This document shows, in pieces, positions 16,514-25,943 of a DNA stretch of 64,000 nt. The DNA comes from Thiobacillus sp. (GTDB lineage Bacteria; Pseudomonadota; Gammaproteobacteria; Burkholderiales; Thiobacillaceae): assembly GCA_040080645.1 (NCBI GenBank), contig JBEBIA010000003.1:11575-75574 (forward strand), given 5' to 3'. The first letter of the stretch is position 1; each line of letters starts with the position of its first letter. A program made the translations under genes and the position numbers. The notes beneath the pieces were generated by a model. That model was not told where the DNA came from and did not search any database. It saw only the letters and a program-made list of their open reading frames with translations.

Positions 16514-18648
16514 TGCGCCGCCTGATTCTTGCCGTGGTGGTGTTGGGCGCGCTGTTGCTGGCGCTGCTGTACCTGGCCGGGCTCAACAGCCGCCAGTTCT
16601 CCGACAGTCTTTCTGCGCTGTTTGTCGGCGGTGGCGTGCTCGGTGTGGCGCTATTGATCTTGCTGGGCTGGCGGCTGTGGTGGCTGCAAAAACGGATTCG
16701 GCGCGGCGTGTTTGGTGCCAAGCTCACGCTCAAATTGCTGCTGATGTTTGGCGCGGTAGCGATGTTGCCGGGGCTGGTGGTGTATGGCGCGTCGGTGTTT
16801 TTTCTCAACCGCTCAATTGAAACCTGGTTTGATGTGCGGGTGGACAATGCGCTGACGGCGGGCGTCAATCTCGGCCAGGCTGCACTCGACGATCTGCTGC
16901 GTGAGCTGGACAAGAAATCCGAGCGCATGGCGCTGGCGCTGTCGGATGAAGGCGCAGGCTCAGTCATTACCATCCTTTCGAACCTGCGCGAGCAGAGCGC
17001 GGTGCAGGAACTGACGTTGTTTGACGAACGCGGAGGTGTGGTGGCGCACGTCGGCAACGAACGTGGCACGCTGCTGCCGGTGTTGCCGGAGCGCAATGTG
17101 TTGTGGCAGGTGCGCCAGCAGCAACCTTACAGTCGCATTGAAGAAGACACCGAGCGCGGCCTCATCATGCGCGTCCTGGTGCCGGTTTACACCTCGTCGA
17201 TCGCGGGTGAAACGCGCGTGCTGCAACTGGTGCAACCCGTACCGCCCAACCTCGCGCGCGACGCCCAGGCAGTGCAGACGGCCTATCGCGAATACCAGCA
17301 AATCGCGGTGTCGCGACTGGGGCTGAAACGCATTTACGGTGTGGCCTTGAGCCTGACCCTGTTGCTCGCGTTGCTGCTGACTTTTGTGATTGCCTACATC
17401 CTGTCAGAGCGTCTGGGCGCGCCTTTGCGCACGCTGGCGCGCGGTACCCGCGCCGTTGCCAAGGGCGATTTTTCACAGATGCCGCTGGTGAGTAGCCGCG
17501 ATGAACTGGGTGTGCTGATCCAGAAATTCAACCGCATGACGCGCCAGCTTTCCGATGCGCGCGAGCAGGCTGCGTTGAATCATCAGGAAACCGAACAGGC
17601 CAAGGCTTTTCTGGAGCGGGTGCTGGCCAACCTGTTGTCTGGTGTGGTGGTGCTGGACGAAACGCTGCGCGTGCGCGTGCTCAACAGCGCAGCAGCCCAG
17701 ATTCTTGGCGTCGAAATGGACGCGCTGAGCGGCCAGCTGCTGGTCGCGCTGGGCGAGCCTGACGATGCGTTGAATACCTTCGGCAACGCCGTGGCAACAC
17801 ACTTCGCCACCCGCGACGCAGAATGGCAGGATCAATGCGACTACGCCGGCAAAGGTGGCAGCCAGACCCTGCTGCTGCGCGGCACCCGCCTGCCTAGCGG
17901 CGTCGAGCGCGGCCATGTTCTGGTGTTCGACGACGTCACCAAACTGATTCATGCACAACGCAACGCCGCCTGGAGCGAGGTCGCGCGACGGCTGGCACAT
18001 GAAATCAAAAATCCGCTGACGCCGATCCAGCTGTCTGCCGAGCGCATCGCGCGCAAACTTGATGGTCGTCTGGATGCAACTGACGCCGAATTTCTCACCC
18101 GCGCAACGCAAACCATCGTCAATCAGGTCGCGGCGATGAAAGGCATGGTCGATGCGTTTGCCAGTTATGCGCGGATGCCGAAAGCCCACGTGAGTGCGCT
18201 TGACCTCAATGCACTGGTGCGGGAAATTCTGGCGTTGTACGATGCGAAAGTCTTGGGGCTGCACCTCATGCTCGAGACCGGATTGCCCACTGTGGCGGGC
18301 GACTCTACATTATTGCGTCAGGTGATACATAATCTGCTGCAAAATGCACAGGATGCGCTGGCCGATCATGTCGCCCCCCGGGTAACGGTCACCACGCATC
18401 ACGATAACAACACGGTCACGCTGACCGTTGCAGATAATGGAGCCGGATTCCCGGAACACCTGATGGCACGGCTATTTGAGCCTTATGCAACTACCAAGAC
18501 CAAGGGCACTGGGCTGGGGTTGGCCATCGTTAAAAAAATCGTGGAAGAACATCAGGGGACGATCCATATTGAAAATCTGCTATCCGGCGGTGCCGCGATC
18601 CGCATCGCACTGCCGGTGTTTGTGTCAGTCGGGGAGGCCAGCACGTGA
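16513..18648 (+). CDS. ntrY: NtrY-like sensor histidine kinase (TM-HAMP-PAS-HisKA-HATPase)
   Basis: AWSEVARRLAHEIKNPLTPIQLSAERI, NLLQNA, DNGAGF, TKGTGLGL. Confidence 0.9.
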   Translation: MRRLILAVVVLGALLLALLYLAGLNSRQFSDSLSALFVGGGVLGVALLILLGWRLWWLQKRIRRGVFGAKLTLKLLLMFGAVAMLPGLVVYGASVFFLNRSIETWFDVRVDNALTAGVNLGQAALDDLLRELDKKSERMALALSDEGAGSVITILSNLREQSAVQELTLFDERGGVVAHVGNERGTLLPVLPERNVLWQVRQQQPYSRIEEDTERGLIMRVLVPVYTSSIAGETRVLQLVQPVPPNLARDAQAVQTAYREYQQIAVSRLGLKRIYGVALSLTLLLALLLTFVIAYILSERLGAPLRTLARGTRAVAKGDFSQMPLVSSRDELGVLIQKFNRMTRQLSDAREQAALNHQETEQAKAFLERVLANLLSGVVVLDETLRVRVLNSAAAQILGVEMDALSGQLLVALGEPDDALNTFGNAVATHFATRDAEWQDQCDYAGKGGSQTLLLRGTRLPSGVERGHVLVFDDVTKLIHAQRNAAWSEVARRLAHEIKNPLTPIQLSAERIARKLDGRLDATDAEFLTRATQTIVNQVAAMKGMVDAFASYARMPKAHVSALDLNALVREILALYDAKVLGLHLMLETGLPTVAGDSTLLRQVIHNLLQNAQDALADHVAPRVTVTTHHDNNTVTLTVADNGAGFPEHLMARLFEPYATTKTKGTGLGLAIVKKIVEEHQGTIHIENLLSGGAAIRIALPVFVSVGEAST

Positions 18649-19919
18649 GCGGACATATTCTGGTCGTAGATGACGAAGTTGGCATCCGCGAATTGCTGTC
18701 GGAAATTCTCACCGAAGAGGGTTATGACGTTCATCTCGCGGAAAACGCCGAAGCCGCGCGCGCGTTCCGCGCCAAGCGCCGCCCCGACATGGTGCTGCTC
18801 GACATCTGGATGCCTGATACCGATGGCGTTACCTTGCTGAAAGAATGGTCGGCGAGCGGCCAGCTCACCATGCCGGTCGTGATGATGTCGGGTCATGCCA
18901 CGATCGACACTGCGGTCGAAGCGACCAAGCTCGGCGCGGTCGATTTCATCGAAAAACCCGTTACCCTGGCCAAGCTCATCGACACCGTCGGACGCGCGAT
19001 AAAGCGCGGCAGTGCTGCCCCGCGTCGTGCGCCGACCTTCGATCTGTCGGCGCTCGGCAAGAGCCCGCTGATCCTCGAACTCAAAAAACGCCTGACCCAG
19101 ATTGCAGGTAACACTGCACCGGTGATGTTGATGGGCGAAGCCGGCTCCGGCTTTGAAATTTGCGCGCACTTCCTGCACCAGTCCGCCAGCCCTTGGGTGG
19201 TGATCCAGGATCGCGCACGACTGGTGTCTGAGCCGCTCAGCTATGTCGAATCGCTCGGCAACGGCACGCTTTTCATGCCGGAGGCCAGTGAACTGGCGCG
19301 GCTGGAACAAAAAGGACTTGGCCTGATTCTCGACAAGCTGGACGGTAGCGGCGCGCGACTGGTGTGCTCCACCAGCCGCAGCATCGAGCCGCTGGTCGCG
19401 GCGGGCGAATTCGACAGCCGTTTGTTTTACCGCATTTCCAGCCTGGCGATTCGGGTGCCGCCGCTACGTGATCACCGCGAAGACGTGCCAGACATCGCCA
19501 ATCTCATGCTGACGCAGCTGGTGGAGGCCAATATTTGTCCGGTGCGGCGTTTTACCGTGGCGGCACAAAATCAGCTGCGCAATTTCGACTGGCACGGCAA
19601 TTTGCCGCAGCTCAATAATGTGGTGCGCACGCTGGCCGTGACCGCGCTAGCGAGCGATATCGACGCGGTTGATGTCAATCGCGTGCTCGCGCCGATGAAA
19701 CAGACCACCCCCAACGTCGCGCACAATATCTCGCTCGATATTCCGCTGCGCGAAGCGCGCGACGCATTCGAACGCCTGTATTTTGAGCACCTGATCCAGC
19801 AGGAGGGTGGCAGTATGACGCGAGTGGCCGACAAGTCTGGTCTGGAACGCACCCACCTGTACCGCAAGCTCAAGCAGCTCAATATCCGCCATGGGCGACG
19901 TCTCGAAGAAGATCTCTGA
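18645..19919 (+). CDS. ntrX: NtrX-like response regulator (receiver, degenerate AAA+, Fis-type HTH)
   Basis: ILVVDDE, LLDIWMPD, MMSGH, FIEKP; C-terminal GLERTHLYRKLK. Confidence 0.88.
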   Translation: MSGHILVVDDEVGIRELLSEILTEEGYDVHLAENAEAARAFRAKRRPDMVLLDIWMPDTDGVTLLKEWSASGQLTMPVVMMSGHATIDTAVEATKLGAVDFIEKPVTLAKLIDTVGRAIKRGSAAPRRAPTFDLSALGKSPLILELKKRLTQIAGNTAPVMLMGEAGSGFEICAHFLHQSASPWVVIQDRARLVSEPLSYVESLGNGTLFMPEASELARLEQKGLGLILDKLDGSGARLVCSTSRSIEPLVAAGEFDSRLFYRISSLAIRVPPLRDHREDVPDIANLMLTQLVEANICPVRRFTVAAQNQLRNFDWHGNLPQLNNVVRTLAVTALASDIDAVDVNRVLAPMKQTTPNVAHNISLDIPLREARDAFERLYFEHLIQQEGGSMTRVADKSGLERTHLYRKLKQLNIRHGRRLEEDL

Positions 19920-19970
19920 CCTCGCTCCGCGCTTGTCGGCTAAGCGATACCACTTACTTTCCTTTCCCGT

Positions 19971-21344
19971 ATGAAAATCATTATTCTTGGCGCAGGTCAG
20001 GTCGGTTCCAATCTGGCCGAAAGTCTGGTGGCAGAAAACAACGACATTACTGTCGTCGATCTCGACGCGGCGCGCCTCGCGCAACTCCAGGACCGGCTCG
20101 ATCTGCGCACCGTGCGCGGCCATGCGGCGCATCCTGGCGTGCTGGAGCAGGCGGGTGCGGAAGATGCCGACATGCTGGTGGCGGTGACTCAGAGCGATGA
20201 AGTCAATCTGGTCGCTTGCCGCATCGCCTCCACGCTGTTCAATCTGCCGACGCGGATTGCGCGGATTCGCTCCAATGATTTTCTCAGCCGCCCGGTGGGA
20301 TTTCTGAGCGAGCATTTCGGCGTCGATGACGTCATCAGCCCCGAGCAGGAAGTCACCGACACGTTGCGTCGCTTGATTGAACATCCCGAGGCCTTGCAGG
20401 TGCTGGATTTTGCAGACGGCAAAGTGCGACTGGTCGCGGTGCGTGCTTACCATGGCGGTCCACTGGTGGGGCATGAACTGCAGGACATCCGCCGCCATAT
20501 GCCCGACATCGACTGCCGGGTTGCAGCGATTTACCGGCGCGACCGGGGCATCGTGCCGAAAGGCATCACCGTGATCGAGCCGGGCGACGAAGTGTTTTTT
20601 ATCGCTCGCCGTGCCGATATTCCGGCGGTGATGCGCGAAATGCGCCGATTGGAACGTCCAGTGAAAAGAGTCATGATTGCGGGCGGCGGCAATATCGGCC
20701 AGCGTCTGGCGGCACGGCTGGAGCAGGATTACGACGTCAAGCTGATCGACCACAACAAGGCGACCAGCGCACTGCTGGCCGAAAAGCTTCATCGCACCCT
20801 GGTGTTGACCGGCGATGCGACGGACGAAGAGTTGCTGGAGCAGGAAAACATCGAGTCGATGGACGTGTTCTGCGCACTGACCAACGACGACGAAGACAAC
20901 ATCATGTCCGCGCTGCTGGCCAAACGCATGGGCGCGCACCGGGTGATTTCGCTGATCAACCGTTCAGCGTATGTGAATCTGGTGCAGGGCGGCGAGATCG
21001 ATATTGCGATTTCTCCCGCGCAGGCCACCGTCGGGCCGCTGCTGTCCAAAATCCGCCGGGGCGACATGGCGGCGGTTCACAGCCTGCGGCGCGGCGCCGC
21101 CGAAGTGCTGGAAATCGTGGTGCATGGCGACCTCAAGACCTCCAAAGTGGTGGGACGACCGATCGGCGAGGTGGCGCTGCCGGAGGGTTCGTCGATTGCC
21201 GCCATCATCCGGGGCGACGACGTGCTGATCGCACACCACGATATCCTCGTCGAAGCAGAAGATCACCTCATCGTGTTCGTCCTCAATAAACGCATCATTC
21301 CCAAAGTCGAAAAACTCTTTCAGGTCGGATTCGGGTTTTTCTGA
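19971..21344 (+). CDS. trkA: Trk potassium uptake NAD-binding subunit
   Basis: Two RCK units with GAGQVG and GGGNIG. Confidence 0.96.
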   Translation: MKIIILGAGQVGSNLAESLVAENNDITVVDLDAARLAQLQDRLDLRTVRGHAAHPGVLEQAGAEDADMLVAVTQSDEVNLVACRIASTLFNLPTRIARIRSNDFLSRPVGFLSEHFGVDDVISPEQEVTDTLRRLIEHPEALQVLDFADGKVRLVAVRAYHGGPLVGHELQDIRRHMPDIDCRVAAIYRRDRGIVPKGITVIEPGDEVFFIARRADIPAVMREMRRLERPVKRVMIAGGGNIGQRLAARLEQDYDVKLIDHNKATSALLAEKLHRTLVLTGDATDEELLEQENIESMDVFCALTNDDEDNIMSALLAKRMGAHRVISLINRSAYVNLVQGGEIDIAISPAQATVGPLLSKIRRGDMAAVHSLRRGAAEVLEIVVHGDLKTSKVVGRPIGEVALPEGSSIAAIIRGDDVLIAHHDILVEAEDHLIVFVLNKRIIPKVEKLFQVGFGFF

Positions 21345-22801
21345 TGCAGCGTCTTGCCCCGGTTCTGAATGTACTGTCCAAGGTGGTGATGCTATTCGCC
21401 CTGGCGATGCTGGTTCCCCTAAGCCTGTCGTGGCTGAGCAGCGACGGCGCACACACTGCTTACGACGAAGCCATTGCCATCACGCTGGCGGCGGGGGGCT
21501 TCACCTGGCTGTTTACACGTCGCGCTCGGCGCGAACTGCAAACGCGCGACGGCTTCTTGCTGGTCGTGCTGGCCTGGACGAGCCTGCCCGCTTTTGCCAC
21601 CTTGCCCCTGCTGTTTTACCTGCCGGGCTTGAGCTTTACCGACGCGTATTTTGAAACCGTCTCCGGCATTACCACCACCGGCTCCACCATTTTGAGCGGA
21701 CTCGACGCCTTGCCCATGTCGATCAACCTCTGGCGCGGGCTGCTGGTGTGGCTGGGCGGCATGGGGCTGATTGTGCTGGCGGTGGCGATTCTGCCGTTTC
21801 TCGGCGTGGGCGGTATGCAAATCTACAAGGCCGAAACCCCCGGCCCGATGAAAGATACCAAGCTCACGCCACGCATTACTGAAACAGCCAAGGGACTCTA
21901 TCTCGTGTATTTCGGCATTTCGCTGGCGTGTGGCTTGAGCTTCTGGCTGGCGGGCATGACGCCGTTCGATGCCGTGATGCACACTTTCTCAACCATGGGG
22001 CTGGGCGGTTTTTCCTCGCACGATGCCAGCTTCGGCTATTTCAATTCGCCGCTGATTGAGGCCGTATGTGTTTTTTTCATGCTACTGGCCGGCATCAATT
22101 TCGCCACGCATTTTCTGGTGTGGCGGCAGCGCTCGGTTCGGGCGTATCGCCTTGATCCCGAAGTGCGTTGGTTTTTGACGCTCACGCTCGGCAGCGCGCT
22201 GATGATCGTGGCCTATCTCACCTGGCATCAGGTCTATCCCGACATCGGGCAAACCCTGCGCTACGCCGTGTTCAATACCGTTTCAATCGCCACCACCACC
22301 GGGTTTGCCAATACCGATTACAACCTGTGGCCCGTGTTCGCGCCGCTGTGGATGATCCTGCTGTCGTGCATTGCCAGCTGTTCCGGCAGCACCGGCGGCG
22401 GCATGAAAATGGTGCGCGCCCTGCTGCTGTTCCGTCAGGGGCGGCGCGAGTTGGCGCGGCTGATCCACCCGGCGGCGAGCCTCCCCGTCAAATTGGGCGG
22501 ACAGGTCATCGCCAACAACGTGATTTACGCCGTCCTGGCCTTCGCATTTTTATACGTGTTTTCCATCGTCAGCCTGACCCTGCTCATGGTCGCCAGCGGG
22601 CTTGCACCGCTCACCGCGTTTTCCGCTGTAGTCGCCTCGATCAACAACATGGGGCCCGGCCTCAACGAAGTCGGCCCCGCCACCACTTACGCCGTGCTCT
22701 CCGATTTTCAGACCTGGATCTGCACCTTTGCCATGCTGCTCGGGCGGCTTGAGCTGCTCACCTTACTCGTCGTCTTTACCCGGACCTTCTGGCGTGCCTG
22801 A
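21344..22801 (+). CDS. trkH: Trk potassium uptake membrane subunit
   Basis: FETVSGITTTG, TMGLGGFS, ATTTGF, NMGPGL pore loops; GRLE near the C-terminus. Confidence 0.96.
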   Translation: MQRLAPVLNVLSKVVMLFALAMLVPLSLSWLSSDGAHTAYDEAIAITLAAGGFTWLFTRRARRELQTRDGFLLVVLAWTSLPAFATLPLLFYLPGLSFTDAYFETVSGITTTGSTILSGLDALPMSINLWRGLLVWLGGMGLIVLAVAILPFLGVGGMQIYKAETPGPMKDTKLTPRITETAKGLYLVYFGISLACGLSFWLAGMTPFDAVMHTFSTMGLGGFSSHDASFGYFNSPLIEAVCVFFMLLAGINFATHFLVWRQRSVRAYRLDPEVRWFLTLTLGSALMIVAYLTWHQVYPDIGQTLRYAVFNTVSIATTTGFANTDYNLWPVFAPLWMILLSCIASCSGSTGGGMKMVRALLLFRQGRRELARLIHPAASLPVKLGGQVIANNVIYAVLAFAFLYVFSIVSLTLLMVASGLAPLTAFSAVVASINNMGPGLNEVGPATTYAVLSDFQTWICTFAMLLGRLELLTLLVVFTRTFWRA

Positions 22802-23141
22802 TCCCCTGGATAATTTTTTAGCCCTACTTGCCGCCGGACGCGACAACGCCCTGCTGCGTTTCTCCCTCGGCAACGCCTATCTCAAGCAAGACCAGCCCGC
22901 GCAAGCTGTCGAACACCTGCGCCGCGCCGTCGAACACGATCCTAACTATTCCGCCGCCTGGAAACTGCTCGGCAAAGCCCTGGCAGACATCGAAGCCTGG
23001 CACGACGCCCTGGCCGCGTATCAACAAGGCATCGCCGTCGCCGACGCGCGCGGCGACAAGCAGGCCGCCAAGGAAATGGGCGTCTTCGCCCGGCGTATCG
23101 AGAAACAGCTTGGGCTTGATGAGTTAAAATCGCCGGACTGA
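22794..23141 (+). CDS. Small TPR protein
   Basis: RFSLGNAYL, AAWKLLGKAL, GDKQAAKEM; GTG start overlapping the trkH end. Confidence 0.8.
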   Translation: MPDPLDNFLALLAAGRDNALLRFSLGNAYLKQDQPAQAVEHLRRAVEHDPNYSAAWKLLGKALADIEAWHDALAAYQQGIAVADARGDKQAAKEMGVFARRIEKQLGLDELKSPD

Positions 23142-23158
23142 ATTGATTGGAGCAGCAA

Positions 23159-23434
23159 ATGACGCGGATGGTGAATTGTGTAAAGCTCGGGCGCGAAGCC
23201 GAAGGTCTGGCCTTCCAGCCCGTTCCGGGCGACCTGGGCAAGAAGATTTTTGATGCGGTCTCGAAAGAAGCCTGGAGCGGCTGGCAGCGCCACCAGACCA
23301 TGCTCATCAACGAAAACCGACTCAACCTCGCCGACCCGCAGGCGCGCAGCTATTTGATGGAGCAGATGGATCGCTACTTCTTTGGTGGCGGCGATGTCGA
23401 TGCGGCAGCGGGGTATGTGCCGCCGTCGAAATAA
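23159..23434 (+). CDS. yggX: Fe(II)-trafficking / oxidative damage protection protein
   Basis: [11 protein letters not shown]...[19 protein letters not shown]. Confidence 0.93.
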   Translation: MTRMVNCVKLGREAEGLAFQPVPGDLGKKIFDAVSKEAWSGWQRHQTMLINENRLNLADPQARSYLMEQMDRYFFGGGDVDAAAGYVPPSK

Positions 23435-23454
23435 ACGGTGCAGCGTTAAAGGCT

Positions 23455-23482
23455 AAACGGGCTCACTTAGGAGCCCGTTTTT
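23455..23482 (+). terminator. Rho-independent terminator
   Basis: AAACGGGCTC-ACTTAG-GAGCCCGTTTTT. Confidence 0.85.
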
Positions 23483-23542
23483 CATTCCGTTAAATCGATC
23501 TGTTAACCCTCTTCCTGCGGCAGGCTTGGGCATAATGGCGTC

Positions 23543-24958
23543 ATGTTGTCTTATCCCTCTCGTTTTCTAGTCGCGCTGGTCGCTATCGGGCTGACGGCTT
23601 CCGCTTCTGCAGCTGAGTTGCCAGCCGCTTTCACGGCTGCACTCAAATACGCCGACATCCCGCTTGATCACGTTGCGCTGGTGGTGCAGCCGCTGGATGC
23701 GCCTGCGCCGATACTGAGTCATCAGAGCGAGGCGGCGATGAATCCGGCGTCGGTGATGAAGTTGGTGACGAGCTTTGCGGCCTTGCAGCAGCTGGGGCCG
23801 CGTTACACTTGGGCGACGGAAATCTGGGCGGACGGGACGCTGAAAGACGGTGTGCTGGAAGGCGATCTGGTGGTCAAGGGCTACGGCGATCCGGGGCTGA
23901 CGCTGGAGCAGCTGTGGTTGATGCAGCGCGAGTTGCGCGCGCGCGGGGTGCGCCACATTCGGGGCGATCTGGTGCTCGACCTGAGCCATTTCGACGTGCC
24001 GTTCGTAGAACCCGGCGCGTTCGACGGCGAGCCGCTGGCGCTTTATAACGCCGTGCCGGGCGCGCTGGTGGCGAATTTCAACGCGACGACGCTGCGGCTC
24101 AAGCCCAACGGCAATAGCGTGTGGATCGTGCCGGAGATTGCCTTACCGGGGGTGGCGATCCGTTCAGAACTCCGCCTGACTGAAAGCGCCATGTGTAATG
24201 GCTGGCAGGACGCAGTCACGCCGGCGATTCCCGATACGGCGCGGCGCGAACTGGTGCTTTCCGGACACTATCCGCGCGGTTGCGGCGACAAGGCGCTGTC
24301 GCTGAATCTGTTTGAAGCGGCGGCGACTTTTGATTTCATATTTCGCGGTTTGTGGGCGGAGTCGGGCGGCAGCTTGAGTGGAAAAACAGTGCCGGGCATG
24401 GCGCTCTCGACTGCGCCTCTGCTGCGCTTCGAGTCGCAGCCGCTGTCGGATGCGCTGATCCGGCTGAACAAGTATTCCAATAATCTGATGACGCGCAATC
24501 TGTTTCTGACGCTGGGCGCGGAAACTTACGGCGCGCCGGCCACGCTGGAAAAAGGCGCGCGTGCGGTGCGCGCGGCGCTGGAAAAGCACGCGATCCCGAC
24601 CGCCAAGCTGGTGCTGGAAAATGGCTCGGGCTTGTCGCGCGTCGAGCGCGTGACGGCGGATACCTTGAGCGGGGTGTTGCGCGCGGCGTCGCGCAGTCCG
24701 CTGTTCGCCGAATTCGAATCAGCGTTGCCGATTGCGGCGCTCGACGGCACGCTGAAACGCCGTTTCAACGGCAGCGCGCTGGCGGGCAATGCGCATTTGA
24801 AAACCGGCACGCTGCGCAATGTGAGCGCGCTGGCGGGCTATGTGCTCACGTCGCGCGGTCGCCGCGTCAGCTTTGTCATGCTGGTGAACCATGCGAATGC
24901 CGACCGCAGTGAGGCGGCGCAGCGCGCGTTGCTCGAATGGGTGTGGCATGCGCATTGA
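23543..24958 (+). CDS. dacB: D-Ala-D-Ala carboxypeptidase/endopeptidase PBP4 (peptidase S13)
   Basis: PASVMK (SxxK), KYSNN (SxN), KTG motifs; ENGSGLSR. Confidence 0.94.
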   Translation: MLSYPSRFLVALVAIGLTASASAAELPAAFTAALKYADIPLDHVALVVQPLDAPAPILSHQSEAAMNPASVMKLVTSFAALQQLGPRYTWATEIWADGTLKDGVLEGDLVVKGYGDPGLTLEQLWLMQRELRARGVRHIRGDLVLDLSHFDVPFVEPGAFDGEPLALYNAVPGALVANFNATTLRLKPNGNSVWIVPEIALPGVAIRSELRLTESAMCNGWQDAVTPAIPDTARRELVLSGHYPRGCGDKALSLNLFEAAATFDFIFRGLWAESGGSLSGKTVPGMALSTAPLLRFESQPLSDALIRLNKYSNNLMTRNLFLTLGAETYGAPATLEKGARAVRAALEKHAIPTAKLVLENGSGLSRVERVTADTLSGVLRAASRSPLFAEFESALPIAALDGTLKRRFNGSALAGNAHLKTGTLRNVSALAGYVLTSRGRRVSFVMLVNHANADRSEAAQRALLEWVWHAH

Positions 24959-25136
24959 TCCACCCGAGTGGGTGAGTTGGGTCGCGCAGGATGCCGATGG
25001 CGCGATCTGGGGCTACGAAGCTGAGCCAAACCAGCAGCACAACGGCTGGTATGAAAATGAAGTCGGGCGGGTGATTTGTCTGGGTGCGGCCACGCCACCG
25101 GATGACTGGCGGGCGACCTTGCGGCGGGTGGGTTAA
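24948..25136 (+). CDS. Hypothetical 62-aa Trp-rich protein
   Basis: MRIDPPEWVSWVAQDADGAIWGYEAEP...; ATG overlaps the dacB end; natural-looking composition. Confidence 0.6.
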   Translation: MRIDPPEWVSWVAQDADGAIWGYEAEPNQQHNGWYENEVGRVICLGAATPPDDWRATLRRVG

Positions 25137-25193
25137 CCGTAGGCATCGCGACTATCCTGCGCACCTTTGCGAGCTTGTCAAACCGAAATCGAA

Positions 25194-25943
25194 TTACTTG
25201 AAATATCGCGACTGAAAGCGCGCCAGCGGTGTACTGCCGCTCAGTAGCGTGAGCGTTTCACCGTCGATGCGGTAGGCGGTGGTGCGCTGGTAGGCGTCAA
25301 TCAGCGCAGCTTCCTGAGCGCCAAGTTCGGGGCAGGCCATGCGGGTGCTGGCCAGGGGACCCAGTGTGAGCGCGCGGCCTGCGAGCGTGTAGCTGCCCAT
25401 GAGTTTGTTGCAGCCGCTGCTGCCGCTGGCGCGTCCGTCGAGTAGCAACAGGTGGGCTTCGCGCTCACCCGTTTGTACACGAGCGGCTTGGTTGCCCACT
25501 GTGCTCAGCTTCCAGTAGGTGTTTTCCAGGGCGGTGACAGGAGCAAGTTCGCCCGCGCGTTGCAGCAGTAGTTCGACCTTGCTGCCCGCGCCGCCGGTGA
25601 GCACGGGCGTGGCCGTGCGACTTGCGAATAGCAGTTCGCCGTTACCGCTGATCAGCGTGGCACGCAGTGCGTAGCGGTGGGTCGCGTGGATGTCGGCAGC
25701 ATAAAACGGCAGCTCGAATGCGAGCGGAATTTGTCGCCCCCGCGTGGGTAAGGCGAGCCGTACCAGCCGTTCAGTACGCGCGTCGGGGCGGCTTACGTCG
25801 AGCAGTTCGAGCGTCAGCGTGGTGTCGGCGGGCAACGGGCTGCGCTCGGCGTAGCGCACGTGGCCACTGAGGCGGTCGAGTGGTGCAGCGTGGGATAGTC
25901 CGCCCAGGCTAAGGCCACACACCAGAAGCAGCGCGTTACGCAT
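25194..25943 (-). CDS. YbaY-like plus META (HslJ-like) domain exported protein
   Basis: YAERSPLPADTTLTLELLDVS...PLAFEL (YbaY-like); SGSSGCNK...LASTRMAC (META). Confidence 0.85.
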   Translation of the reverse strand: MRNALLLVCGLSLGGLSHAAPLDRLSGHVRYAERSPLPADTTLTLELLDVSRPDARTERLVRLALPTRGRQIPLAFELPFYAADIHATHRYALRATLISGNGELLFASRTATPVLTGGAGSKVELLLQRAGELAPVTALENTYWKLSTVGNQAARVQTGEREAHLLLLDGRASGSSGCNKLMGSYTLAGRALTLGPLASTRMACPELGAQEAALIDAYQRTTAYRIDGETLTLLSGSTPLARFQSRYFK

